Under the pieces are notes generated by a model that worked only from the letters and a program-made list of their open reading frames with translations, did no database searches and was not told the DNA's origin. DNA of 64,000 nucleotides, from assembly GCA_036676495.1 (NCBI GenBank), contig JAKFCT010000052.1:1-64000 (forward strand), written 5' to 3'. Positions 29,267-38,011 of this stretch are shown here, one piece after another. The position numbers were made by a program, and so were the translations under genes. The stretch comes from Candidatus Sericytochromatia bacterium. Its GTDB lineage: Bacteria > Cyanobacteriota > Sericytochromatia > S15B-MN24 > UBA4093. Every line of letters starts with the position of its first letter. Positions within the stretch are counted from its first letter, which is position 1.

Positions 29267-30593
29267 GCTGCCTCTCCAGTCGCGCCACGAAAAATCCCTC
29301 AACCCCGTGCCGGTGCGGGACCAGCTGAATCATGCTTCCGCCGTCCTCGGCGTCTGCGCGCCACGCGTCCGGAAGCCAGCCGCGCAGGTCGCTCGGAGCG
29401 AACTCCGGGTGATCCGCGAGGAAACCGCGGATGACGTCCTGGTTCTCGGCCCGGTTCACCGTGCAGGTCGCATAGACCAGCACGCCTCCCGGCTTCACGT
29501 CCGCCGCCGCCGCGTCGAGGATTCGCCGCTGCAGCGCCGGAAGCGCGTCCACCTCCACGGGCGTCGCCCGCCAGCGCAGGTCCGCCTTGCGGTACATCAC
29601 CCCGAAGCCCGAACACGGCGCGTCCACCAGGGCCCGATCGACGGGAATCCCCAGGGGCTGCGTGCCGTCCTGTGTCCGGGCCTCCACGATCGTCACCCCG
29701 AGGCGCTTGGCATTCTCGGCGAGGACGCCGAGTCGGCCCTCATGCGGGTCGACGGCCAGGACGCGGCCTTGGTTGTTCATCAAGGCCGCCAGGTGCGTGG
29801 TCTTGCCACCCGGTGCCGCTCCGATGTCCGCGACCGATTCGCCCGGCTGGGGATCGACGATCTGGCTCACCAGCATCGCCGCCTCACCCTGGACGTACCA
29901 GTCTCCCTCATTATAACGCGGGATCCGTGCCAGGGGGACCGCCTCCGGCAGTCGAACCCCATCGGGATCCACCGGGGACGCTTCCGCCGCGATGCCCAAT
30001 TCTGCGAGGCGGGCGAGGAAGTCCGCGCGGGTCGTCATGAGGCGGTTGACCCGCAACGTCAGCGGCAACTGCTGGTTGGCGGAGCGTGCGAGCTCGGTGG
30101 CTTCTTCCAGGCCATATTGGTCGACCCAGCGGCGGATCAGCCAATCCGGGAGGGAATGCCGGACGCCGAGGGCGGCGATTGGATCGTCCTCGGGGAAGCT
30201 CAGCGTCCCGGCTTGCCGTTGCAGGCTTCTGAGGACCCCGTTGGTCAGCCGGCTCACGCCTTCGTGTCCGAAGCGGCGCGCAAGCTTCACCGCCTCGTTG
30301 ATCGCGGCATGCGGGGGAATGTCCGTGCAAAGGAGCTGGTAGGCGCCCATGCGCAGGATGTTCCGGAGGGCGGGGGTGAGCGCGTCGAGCGGTGTCTTGG
30401 TGAGGAACTCCGCGAGCACCGTGTCCAACATGCGGCGCATGCGCGTGACCCCCTGGACCAGGGAGACGATCAGGGCGCGGTCGCGCGGATCCAGGGTGCG
30501 GGGCAGAACTTTCAGCGCGAGGTTGGAGTAAGCGCCCTTCGTTTCGATGGCGATCAGGAGATCGAGGGCAAGCCGGCGGGGGTTAGGGGACAT
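29259..30593 (-). CDS. rsmB: 16S rRNA (C967-C5) methyltransferase RsmB/Sun
   Basis: NusB-like N-terminus, AAPGGKT, DAPCSGFG, YATCT..EN. Confidence 0.95.
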   Translation of the reverse strand: MSPNPRRLALDLLIAIETKGAYSNLALKVLPRTLDPRDRALIVSLVQGVTRMRRMLDTVLAEFLTKTPLDALTPALRNILRMGAYQLLCTDIPPHAAINEAVKLARRFGHEGVSRLTNGVLRSLQRQAGTLSFPEDDPIAALGVRHSLPDWLIRRWVDQYGLEEATELARSANQQLPLTLRVNRLMTTRADFLARLAELGIAAEASPVDPDGVRLPEAVPLARIPRYNEGDWYVQGEAAMLVSQIVDPQPGESVADIGAAPGGKTTHLAALMNNQGRVLAVDPHEGRLGVLAENAKRLGVTIVEARTQDGTQPLGIPVDRALVDAPCSGFGVMYRKADLRWRATPVEVDALPALQRRILDAAAADVKPGGVLVYATCTVNRAENQDVIRGFLADHPEFAPSDLRGWLPDAWRADAEDGGSMIQLVPHRHGVEGFFVARLERQHG

Positions 30594-30674
30594 GGGCCTC
30601 CAAATGCACGGGGCGACCCGTAGGCCGCCCCAGAATTCCGATTAGGGGTATGCGTATTATCGCACGGAAATCGG

Positions 30675-31322
30675 CTAGCGAAGCGTTTCGGCCTCTTGGA
30701 GGATGTTGATGATCGCTTCCTTGTCTTCCAGCCAGCGATGGAAGAGGCCGTTCGGCTTGATGGGATCCTCGCCCAGGACCCACTTCCAGACGATGGGGAA
30801 GAGGCGCTTCCAGAGGAAGCCCGCGGGAAGGCCGGCGACGCCCTGCGAGAGCATGCCGTAGATGACGGCCTTCGCGAGATCCTCGCGGCTGAAGTTGGAG
30901 CCCGTGTGGTTGTTCTTGTACCAGAAGTAGGCCCGGGTGCCGCCGTAGATCATCCGGACGGCGACCCAGACCAGGCGCCAGCTCTGGATCTGGCTGTCCT
31001 GGTAGTCGAGCTCGGCGACGTACTCGCCGGCCCGGAACGTGACCTTGCCGGTCGACGGCGTCCGGGTGAAGTCGTACTGGACGGGACCGCCCTCGGGCGT
31101 CACCAGGGTCACGACCGCGCCGCGGACGGTGACCTTGCCCTGACCCTCGAGCGTGACCGCGAAGCGCTGCGCCATGTCGGTGGACTTGACGGACGCGGCG
31201 GACAGCGAGTTATCGGTGGACTTTTGGCCGTAGGCGGTCGGCAGTTGGCCGCAACCAGCCAACGGCAGGGTCACGAGCGAGCAAGCGAGCAGGATGCGAA
31301 GGCCGGAATGGACGCTGGGCAT
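30675..31322 (-). CDS. Hypothetical lipoprotein
   Basis: Signal peptide with LAGC lipobox; AAAGGAG RBS; Trp/Lys-rich helical C-terminus. Confidence 0.85.
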   Translation of the reverse strand: MPSVHSGLRILLACSLVTLPLAGCGQLPTAYGQKSTDNSLSAASVKSTDMAQRFAVTLEGQGKVTVRGAVVTLVTPEGGPVQYDFTRTPSTGKVTFRAGEYVAELDYQDSQIQSWRLVWVAVRMIYGGTRAYFWYKNNHTGSNFSREDLAKAVIYGMLSQGVAGLPAGFLWKRLFPIVWKWVLGEDPIKPNGLFHRWLEDKEAIINILQEAETLR

Positions 31323-31353
31323 GAGGGCGCTCTCCTTTGAGGGGCTCGGACGG

Positions 31354-31383
31354 AGCTTTACTTAAATTTAATCCAAAGTTAAG
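31354..31383 (-). promoter_or_regulatory. Three 11-bp-period TTAA-type repeats upstream of the lipoprotein gene
   Basis: Minus strand CTTAACTT-tgg-ATTAAATT-taa-GTAAAGCT; AT-rich island in high-GC background. Confidence 0.55.
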
Positions 31384-31490
31384 CATAGCGGATTTGGTTC
31401 ACGAAAGCAACCGCTCGCTATAATCGGGGGGTCCCCTGTTCCCCAGCGGCGCCTCCGGCCGGTTGGGGCCTCCTTTGAAAGTAAATTCGC

Positions 31491-32015
31491 ATGACGCATC
31501 CGCTTCGCATCGCGCTGGTCGAGCCCGAAATTCCCCCCAATACCGGCAATATCTCTCGGCTCTGCGCCGGTCTCGACGTTCCCCTGGATCTGGTGGGGCG
31601 GCTGGGGTTCGATATCTCCGAGCGCTCGATTCGGCGGGCGGGCCTGGATTACTGGGAGCACGTGAAGCTGACGCATCACAAGCACTGGGATGCCTTCAAG
31701 GAAGCTTTGGGAAAGACGCCCGAGTCGGGCCCGCGCTTCATCTACACGTCGGCGTTCGCGGAGGCGCTCTACACCGAGGTGGAGTACCAGCCGGGGGACG
31801 TCTTGCTATTCGGTCGGGAGTCGAAGGGGCTGGATCCGCGTCTCTGGGAGGAGACGCCGGGACTTTTGGTGAGGATCCCGCACTGGGGGCCGGTGCGGAG
31901 CCTGAATCTCTCGAACGCGGCGGCGGTCGTGGCCTACGAGGCGATGCGCCAGCTTCGCGAGCGGGGGCTGGTTCCTCCGCCGATTCCGCGGGCTGCAGAC
32001 AAGCCACGGGACTGA
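31491..32015 (+). CDS. trmL: tRNA (cytidine/uridine-34-2'-O)-methyltransferase
   Basis: PEIPPNTGNI.R.C, RRAGLDYW, FGRESKGL, RSLNLSN (SPOUT). Confidence 0.95.
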   Translation: MTHPLRIALVEPEIPPNTGNISRLCAGLDVPLDLVGRLGFDISERSIRRAGLDYWEHVKLTHHKHWDAFKEALGKTPESGPRFIYTSAFAEALYTEVEYQPGDVLLFGRESKGLDPRLWEETPGLLVRIPHWGPVRSLNLSNAAAVVAYEAMRQLRERGLVPPPIPRAADKPRD

Positions 32016-32018
32016 GAC

Positions 32019-33383
32019 CTAGAGCGGCAGGCGGGAGTAGTCGATGCGGCCGTAGCCGAAGTTGCGGTCGCGGCCGCGCGGCCCGAGGTCGACGCAGGCG
32101 GCGAAGAGCGCCCGCTCGATTTGCTCGACGGTCCAGTCGGGGTGGGCCGCCCAGAGGAGGGCGGCGGCTCCCGAGACGAAGGGAGCGGCCATCGACGTCC
32201 CGCTCATGATCTTGTAGCTGCGGTTCGGGATGGTCGAGAGGATGTCGGCGCCGGGCGCCGAGAGGGTGATCTCGGGGCCCGAGTTGCTGAACGAGGCCAG
32301 TTGCTCGTAGCCGGAGGCGGTTTGTTCGGTCGCGCTGACGGCGATCGCCCCCGGCGAGTTGGCCGGCAGCCCCACCTTGCCGCGGTCGTTGCCGGCGGCC
32401 ACCACCACCACGGCGCCCTTCTTGCGGGCGTACTCGATGGCCAGGTCGAAGAGCGGATTGGACGATTCCGACGGGCGGCTGAAACTCAGGTTGAGCACCT
32501 TGGCCCCCATCTCCACGGCGTACTTGATGCCGGCCAGGGCCGCGAAGTCCGTGCCTCCCTTCTCGTCCATGATCTTCACCGGCAGGATCTCGGCGTCCCA
32601 GGCCACTCCCGCGATGCCCAAGCCGTTGTTGCCGGTGGCGGCCAGGATCCCCGCCACGTGCGTGCCGTGTCCCGAGAGGTCCTTGGAGTCGCCGTTGCTG
32701 TCGTTGAAGTTGTAGCCGAGTTCCCAGCGGACGCGGCCTTGCAACTCGGGATGGTAGGGATCGACGCCCGTGTCGATCACGGCAATCCGCACCCCCTTGG
32801 CGCTCTTGCCCCGGCCCCAGACGCTGCTCGGCCGGGTCACGTTCTCGGCGAACGCCCAGACTTCTCCGAGCATGGGATCGTTCGGGCGGTAGGCCGACGG
32901 CAGGAAGCGGGGAGCGCGCCACGGCAAGGCCATCGTCTCCCGGTGCGGGGAAATCAGCATCACCGCCGGATGCGCCTGGAAGGCCGCGATCCCTTCCTCG
33001 ATCGTCGCTCCCTTCGGAAGCTTGACGACCAGGACCTCGTTGTCGAAGGCCACCCGGCCGATGATCTGCGGCTCCTGCCCGCGGATCTGCGGCATCGGCA
33101 CCAGCGGCCAGTGCTCACCCGGCTTCAGGGCGATCATCAGCTGCCCGCGCTCGCCTTGGGCGGGGACCGTGATCTGGTGATCCTTCGGATCGATCTGCGA
33201 GGCCGGCGGAGTGGCCGGCGGAGGCATCGGCGTCAAGGGGAAGTTGAAGGAGCAGCCTGCCAATAGGACGGCCAAGCCGCTCAGCAGGACGGAGGGCTTT
33301 TGGGGACGCCCGGCGCCCCTCGGCTCCGTGACGCCGGAGGGCCGCTTGGAACGGCCTTTCGGACCGGCAAAAGGGCACATCAC
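32019..33383 (-). CDS. Subtilisin-like S8 serine peptidase, lipoprotein
   Basis: IAVIDTG, GHGTHVAG, AAGN, SGTSMAAP triad; LLAGC lipobox; exact start uncertain. Confidence 0.93.
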   Translation of the reverse strand: MMCPFAGPKGRSKRPSGVTEPRGAGRPQKPSVLLSGLAVLLAGCSFNFPLTPMPPPATPPASQIDPKDHQITVPAQGERGQLMIALKPGEHWPLVPMPQIRGQEPQIIGRVAFDNEVLVVKLPKGATIEEGIAAFQAHPAVMLISPHRETMALPWRAPRFLPSAYRPNDPMLGEVWAFAENVTRPSSVWGRGKSAKGVRIAVIDTGVDPYHPELQGRVRWELGYNFNDSNGDSKDLSGHGTHVAGILAATGNNGLGIAGVAWDAEILPVKIMDEKGGTDFAALAGIKYAVEMGAKVLNLSFSRPSESSNPLFDLAIEYARKKGAVVVVAAGNDRGKVGLPANSPGAIAVSATEQTASGYEQLASFSNSGPEITLSAPGADILSTIPNRSYKIMSGTSMAAPFVSGAAALLWAAHPDWTVEQIERALFAACVDLGPRGRDRNFGYGRIDYSRLPL

Positions 33384-33504
33384 ACCCTCCCTCCCCCAGG
33401 CCGGCGTGCCGACCTGTGCGTAGCTGGAGCGAGAGCGGCGGCCACCGCGCGGAAAGCCCGGGGCTTTCCCGTCGCTTTGATCGTGGCTGATCCGTTGCGT
33501 TTAT

Positions 33505-33673
33505 CGTTGCTTGACCGTCTTTCCGAGTGCTTGCCTGGTGCATGCCCGTGGCTGCCGGTTCACGCTCACCCACACCGCTTCTCCCTCACCCTAACGCGAA
33601 GGAGGCGGGTAGGCGTAGGCCGCCCGCGAGAAAAGCATGGTCGAAAGGGGAGGCCAGGGAGCAAGCAACGGTC
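33505..33673. ncRNA. Candidate structured RNA (long irregular hairpin)
   Basis: Nested pairings GACCGT/ACGGTC, TGCTTGC/GCAAGCA, CCTGG/CCAGG, CATGC/GCATG, ACGC/GCGT, CCGCTTCTCC/GGAGGCGG. Confidence 0.35.
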
Positions 33674-33683
33674 CGGGAGAACC

Positions 33684-33710
33684 GAAAGGCCGGGCATCGC
33701 CCGGCCTCTC
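33684..33710 (-). terminator. Hairpin terminator downstream of glutaredoxin gene
   Basis: GAAAGGCCGGGC-atc-GCCCGGCCTCTC; TTT follows the stem on the minus strand. Confidence 0.65.
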
Positions 33711-33743
33711 GAGAACGCTTGGTTGGCAGGTAGGGATCCCGGA

Positions 33744-34037
33744 CTAGTCCACGCAGCCGCGCTCGGCGCCGCCCACGCCGGCCGTCTGGACCAGACCCTT
33801 CTCCACGAGGAAGGCTTCGAGCTCGTCCCCGCCGATGTCCGCCAGCATCTGGCCGTCGATCTCCACGCACGGAGACAACGGCTGACCGCTCTTGGCCACC
33901 ATTTCCTGGTAATTCGTCCGGTTGTTGATGATGTCCTTGTCCTCGAACTCGAGGCCATGCTTCCGGAGCACCTCGCGGACGCCGGCGGACCACCCGCAAA
34001 CGGGCTTGAGATATGCAACAATCTTGGGCTGTGCCAT
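33744..34037 (-). CDS. Monothiol glutaredoxin-like protein
   Basis: YLKPVCGWS active-site-like motif, SGQPLSPCVEIDG; AGGAGG RBS. Confidence 0.85.
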   Translation of the reverse strand: MAQPKIVAYLKPVCGWSAGVREVLRKHGLEFEDKDIINNRTNYQEMVAKSGQPLSPCVEIDGQMLADIGGDELEAFLVEKGLVQTAGVGGAERGCVD

Positions 34038-34138
34038 GGTTATTCCTCCTAGAGCAAGGTAATGGGCTTTGCTCTCCCGCGGTCTTGCGCCAACGTCGTC
34101 GGCGCGAAACGGACTATGCCTTCAAGTGTAGCACGCCC

Positions 34139-35248
34139 TCACCTGTCGTCGGGCATCCAGGGGAATCCCGCGCTCGGGCGCGTCACGAACGTTCCCGGCT
34201 GCGCTCCGGCCATCACCCAGAGCGCCTCCGCCCCCGGATAGCCAGCCAGGACGCGGCTTCCCGCCTCCGGGCCCAGGACGTAGAGGGTCGTGGAGAGGGC
34301 GTCCGCCGTCTCCGCGTCGGGGGCCAGCACCGTCACGCTCACGATCCCCTGCACCGGCCGGCCCGTTCGCGGATCGATCACATGCCCGAAGCGCACGCCG
34401 TCCTTCCAGAAACCGCGTTCGGCATCCCCGGAGGTCGAGACGCTCCCCGTGCGCAGCGAGGTCCACCCCAGCACCTCGCCTTCCAGGCGCGGATGGCGGA
34501 CGCCGAAGATCCAGGAATCGCCCCCGGGGGGCTCTCCCCAGACGCGCTGATTGCCTCCCGCATCCACCCGGGCGGTGGTCATGCCCCGATCCCGCAGGAT
34601 CTGCACGGCCCGGTCCACGGCGTACCCCTTGGCGATCGCCCCCAGGTCCAGCTCGAGGCCGGGCCGCCGGAAGCGGATGCCGCGCCGCGCATCGACCTGC
34701 ACCTCCGCGAAGCCCACCCGCTTCCGGGCCTCGCCGATAGCGGCCTCTGCCGGGACCCGGTAATCCAGGTGCTTGAAGCCCCAGATCTTGACCAACGGGC
34801 CGACCGTCGGGTCGAACGCTCCCCCGCTCGCACGGGAGTACGCCAGGGATCGCTCCACGAGGTTCCGGGTCTCGGCGCTGACGGCGACCCAGCCGTGGCC
34901 TCCCTCCCGGTTGAGGCGGGAAAGCTCGGAATCGGCGCGGTAGGTGCTCAGCAGGCGGTCGAGGCGCCCGATCTCCGCGAAGGCCGCTTCCATGGCGGCG
35001 GCGGCCTCGGGCCCGCGCGCCTGCACCGTCCAGAGCGTGCCCATGTGATAGCGAACCTGCTCGACGCTTTGTACGGAGGTCGGCGTTGCGGACGGTCGCG
35101 CAGCGGGAGACGGGGCCGGGGCGGCCATGGCGGGAATCGCTCCCAGTAGGGCCGGCCCCACGGGGGCCATTTCCGCTGGGACCCGTCCCGCTGGGATCAG
35201 TCCCGCGAGCGTGAGGCTCAGCGCGGCGACGAGCCCCCCGCGTCTCAT
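34139..35248 (-). CDS. apbE: FAD:protein FMN transferase ApbE
   Basis: MGT, SELSRLN, FDPTVGPL, DLGAIAKGYAVD, STSGDAE, HVIDPRTG, ADALST. Confidence 0.95.
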   Translation of the reverse strand: MRRGGLVAALSLTLAGLIPAGRVPAEMAPVGPALLGAIPAMAAPAPSPAARPSATPTSVQSVEQVRYHMGTLWTVQARGPEAAAAMEAAFAEIGRLDRLLSTYRADSELSRLNREGGHGWVAVSAETRNLVERSLAYSRASGGAFDPTVGPLVKIWGFKHLDYRVPAEAAIGEARKRVGFAEVQVDARRGIRFRRPGLELDLGAIAKGYAVDRAVQILRDRGMTTARVDAGGNQRVWGEPPGGDSWIFGVRHPRLEGEVLGWTSLRTGSVSTSGDAERGFWKDGVRFGHVIDPRTGRPVQGIVSVTVLAPDAETADALSTTLYVLGPEAGSRVLAGYPGAEALWVMAGAQPGTFVTRPSAGFPWMPDDR

Positions 35249-35988
35249 ACGGCGGCCTTTTCCCGTGCAGGGGCCGCGGCGGCTTTCCTGCGGGCGAGCC
35301 GGCGGCGAATCTCCCGGCCGAAGAACAAGAAGTATCCGCTCAAGACCAGCACGATGAGCGAGCCCGAGACCGCATCCGTGATGGGGACGCCGTAGCTGCC
35401 CCAGAAGCGGCCGTCATGCAGGTCGTAAATCAGTTGAATCGCGGCGTTGGCCTTGGGGGCCGGCGGAGCCGAGCCCACGCTCTCCCAGTCGCTTCCGCGT
35501 TGCCGGTAGAGGCCTGCGGTCGTCGCCAAGGTCACCTGTCCCTGGGCGTCCAGGGACAGGCCCGCGAGGTGGGTGCCCTCGGGAGGGTAAAACGGCAGCG
35601 CGACCTCTTCCCAGATATCCCCGTGATCGTCGGAGCGATAGAGCCCGATTTCCCGGAACGCGACGTAGACCCGGCCTGCCGTGCGGGGATCGAACTGGAT
35701 GGCGCCGACTTGTTCGGCGGGAACCGGCAGAACGATTTCTTCCCAGTTCTTCCCGCCGTCCAAGGAGCGGAAGAAGCCGTCGTTCGTTCCCATGAGGATC
35801 CGCTGGGGATCGCTCGGGTCGACGGCCGTGGAGAGGACGTACTTGGAGAACGGTCCGTCGCTCGTCACGGGAGAGCGGCGGAACCAGTCCTGGTGATTGA
35901 GTCCGATGGCCGTCCCGGCGGCCACCAGGATCAGCAGGCCCGCGATCAGGCCCAGCCAGCGGTGGAGCAGGAGCATGTTCTTGGTCAA
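35245..35988 (-). CDS. PepSY-associated TM helix protein with BNR/beta-propeller insert
   Basis: N-terminal LHRWLGL TM, Asp-boxes RSLDGGKNW and RSDDHGDIW, C-terminal YDLHDGRFWG plus TM. Confidence 0.85.
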   Translation of the reverse strand: MTKNMLLLHRWLGLIAGLLILVAAGTAIGLNHQDWFRRSPVTSDGPFSKYVLSTAVDPSDPQRILMGTNDGFFRSLDGGKNWEEIVLPVPAEQVGAIQFDPRTAGRVYVAFREIGLYRSDDHGDIWEEVALPFYPPEGTHLAGLSLDAQGQVTLATTAGLYRQRGSDWESVGSAPPAPKANAAIQLIYDLHDGRFWGSYGVPITDAVSGSLIVLVLSGYFLFFGREIRRRLARRKAAAAPAREKAAV

Positions 35989-35997
35989 GGCATCCTC

Positions 35998-36558
35998 CTA
36001 GGGCTTGACGAGCGTTTCGAAGATGACGAGGGCCTTCTTGACGCCGGCCGCGATGGACCAAGACGAGACGGTGGCTCCCGTCAGGTGGGTGATGTCCCGG
36101 TTGACCATGAGCGGATCGGAACTGGACTTGCCCTCGAACTGGTTGAGGAAGCGCCCGCGCCGCACCGCGTCCCCGCGGCGCTCGCGGTAGACCATGACGG
36201 CCACTTCGCGCACCTCCCCGTTGGGCTTGATCCCCACGATGAAGGTGATGGGGTAGTACTTGCCGATCTCGTCGACCACCAGCGCGTAGCCGAGGGTCTT
36301 GCCGCCACGGGTTCCCTCGTGGAACACGTAGGCCTTCTCCTCGAGGCGACGGCCGAGCCGGCGCTCCATTTGCTTGCGCTCCTCGGCCGTCGGGGTGACG
36401 GGGCGAGGCGTGACCTTCTCGGCGTCCGGAATCGCGACGCGCAGGGCCTGATCCTGGGTCAGATAGACCTGCTCGTAGTGTTCAGGAGTTTCTGCGAGCG
36501 CCGGGCGGGTCGCCAGGCAAGCAAGCAGAAGGGTACCGAAGAGGAATCGCCTCGCCAT
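35998..36558 (-). CDS. Exported FMN-binding (flavinylated) protein
   Basis: Signal peptide; IGKYYPITF, YRERRG, DITHLTGATVSS with the [S/T]GA[S/T] flavinylation motif. Confidence 0.9.
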   Translation of the reverse strand: MARRFLFGTLLLACLATRPALAETPEHYEQVYLTQDQALRVAIPDAEKVTPRPVTPTAEERKQMERRLGRRLEEKAYVFHEGTRGGKTLGYALVVDEIGKYYPITFIVGIKPNGEVREVAVMVYRERRGDAVRRGRFLNQFEGKSSSDPLMVNRDITHLTGATVSSWSIAAGVKKALVIFETLVKP

Positions 36559-36572
36559 GTCTGGATCCTTTC

Positions 36573-37799
36573 CTAGAAGCCGACCGCCACCGAGCTCCAG
36601 ATGGCATCATCGACCTTGCCCGTCGCGGGCTCGTTGATGCGCTGCCATTCGAGCTTGGTCACGAAGGTCGGGATGGGCCGGTAGTTGAGGCCGATCACGG
36701 TCTCGTTCTTGTTGTTCTTGTCGTAGACGGCCTGGTCGGTGTCGGCCTGGCCGAAGCGGCCCACCAGCGTGAAGGTCGCCTGATCGTAGCCGCCGGCGCG
36801 CCCGAGGAAGGTGTTGTTGAGGAACTCGGGGAAGAAGTGCTGGCGACCCTCGACGTACCAGCCCTGCATGGAGCCGGGAATGACGGTGGGGGTGGCGCCC
36901 GGGGCGGAGCCGGGGGCCAGGTAGGAGCCGCCGTCGGTCTGAATGTTGGCGTACTCCCCGATCAGCTCGAAGGATCCGAGGGTCAAGGAGTTGTCGAGGC
37001 CGAGCATGGTGAGGCGGCGGGAGTTGGCGGGATCGTAACTGCCGGTGTAGCCGTTGAGGCCGAGCTCCCAACCGAGCCAGGGGCTGATGCCCACGCGTCC
37101 GGAGAGCGCCTTGTTGCCGTTGTTGTCGTTCTTGAAGCCCGGACGAGCCTTGCGGATGCCGTCCGTGGCGCTGATGGCGTCGGTGAGGCCGTTGGTGACG
37201 TAGGCCTCGTAGCTCAGCATCATGTCGTCGGTGGGGTAGAAGATGCCGTGCACGCCGGTACCCGCGTCCATCCAGGTGCTGGGGATGATGGTCGAGGCCA
37301 TGAGGGGGCGGGTGGTGGTGTCGCGGACGTCCGAGTCGTGGAGGACGTTGACGATGCCGAAGGGGATGAGCACGATGCCCGAGCGGAAGTTGAGCGCGTC
37401 GTTGACCTTGTAGTCGGCCCATGCCTGCTCGATCTTGAGCTCGCCCGTCTTGTCGAGGGCGTTGATGGCGCCGCCATACTCGTACTCGATCTCGGTGTTG
37501 AACATCAGGTTCTCGTGCAGGTAGCTGGAGACCTGGAGGATCAGCCGGTGCTGGTTGAACGTGCTGTAGCCGCTGGTGAGGGGCTGCTTGAACTCGACGT
37601 CGTAGTAGCCGCCGACGCGGGTCTGGGTGCTGCGGTCGAAGGCCGTGATGCTGCGGCCGCCGGGGCCCTGCAGGGTCGTGATGGCCTCGGGAGCGGCAGC
37701 GGCCGGGGCTGCAGGAGCCGGAGTGGTCTTCATTTGCGCCATGGCGGGGCTGGCGATCGCCAGGCTCAAGGCGGCAAGGGCATAGAGGGGCTTGCGCAT
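36573..37799 (-). CDS. Outer-membrane beta-barrel/porin-like protein
   Basis: Signal peptide (PAMA-Q), FNTEIEYE, IEQAWADY, IIPSTW, alternating beta-strands, C-terminal Phe. Confidence 0.85.
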   Translation of the reverse strand: MRKPLYALAALSLAIASPAMAQMKTTPAPAAPAAAAPEAITTLQGPGGRSITAFDRSTQTRVGGYYDVEFKQPLTSGYSTFNQHRLILQVSSYLHENLMFNTEIEYEYGGAINALDKTGELKIEQAWADYKVNDALNFRSGIVLIPFGIVNVLHDSDVRDTTTRPLMASTIIPSTWMDAGTGVHGIFYPTDDMMLSYEAYVTNGLTDAISATDGIRKARPGFKNDNNGNKALSGRVGISPWLGWELGLNGYTGSYDPANSRRLTMLGLDNSLTLGSFELIGEYANIQTDGGSYLAPGSAPGATPTVIPGSMQGWYVEGRQHFFPEFLNNTFLGRAGGYDQATFTLVGRFGQADTDQAVYDKNNKNETVIGLNYRPIPTFVTKLEWQRINEPATGKVDDAIWSSVAVGF

Positions 37800-37835
37800 G
37801 TCGGGATCCTTTCGAGGATGAGAGTTCGACGCGTT

Positions 37836-37889
37836 TGAGAATCATTCTCAGCGGATCCCAAGGTAGCGCTAACTGAGAATAACTGTCAA
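37836..37889 (-). promoter_or_regulatory. Fur-type boxes overlapping the porin operon promoter
   Basis: Perfect 7-1-7 palindrome TGAGAAT-C-ATTCTCA (37836-37850); second imperfect box TGAGAAT-A-ACTGTCA (37874-37888) overlapping minus-strand TTGACA. Confidence 0.85.
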
Positions 37890-37961
37890 TTAGTCTTGGA
37901 TTAAGGATTGTATCGGACCTCGGAGGACCGCCTGGCCGCCAGCCGGGCCATGGCCCCCCAG

Positions 37962-38000
37962 GACGCGGCCCCGCCCCCTTCAAGGGGGCGGGGCCGCGTC
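37962..38000. terminator. Perfect 18-bp GC hairpin after TPR gene
   Basis: GACGCGGCCCCGCCCCCT-tca-AGGGGGCGGGGCCGCGTC. Confidence 0.65.
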
Positions 38001-38011
38001 GATCCGAGGCG

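Noticed and set aside
33505-33673. Retron msr-msd or RNase P RNA
   Set aside because: No reverse transcriptase nearby and no GAGGAAAGUCC RNase P signature; kept only as an unassigned structured element
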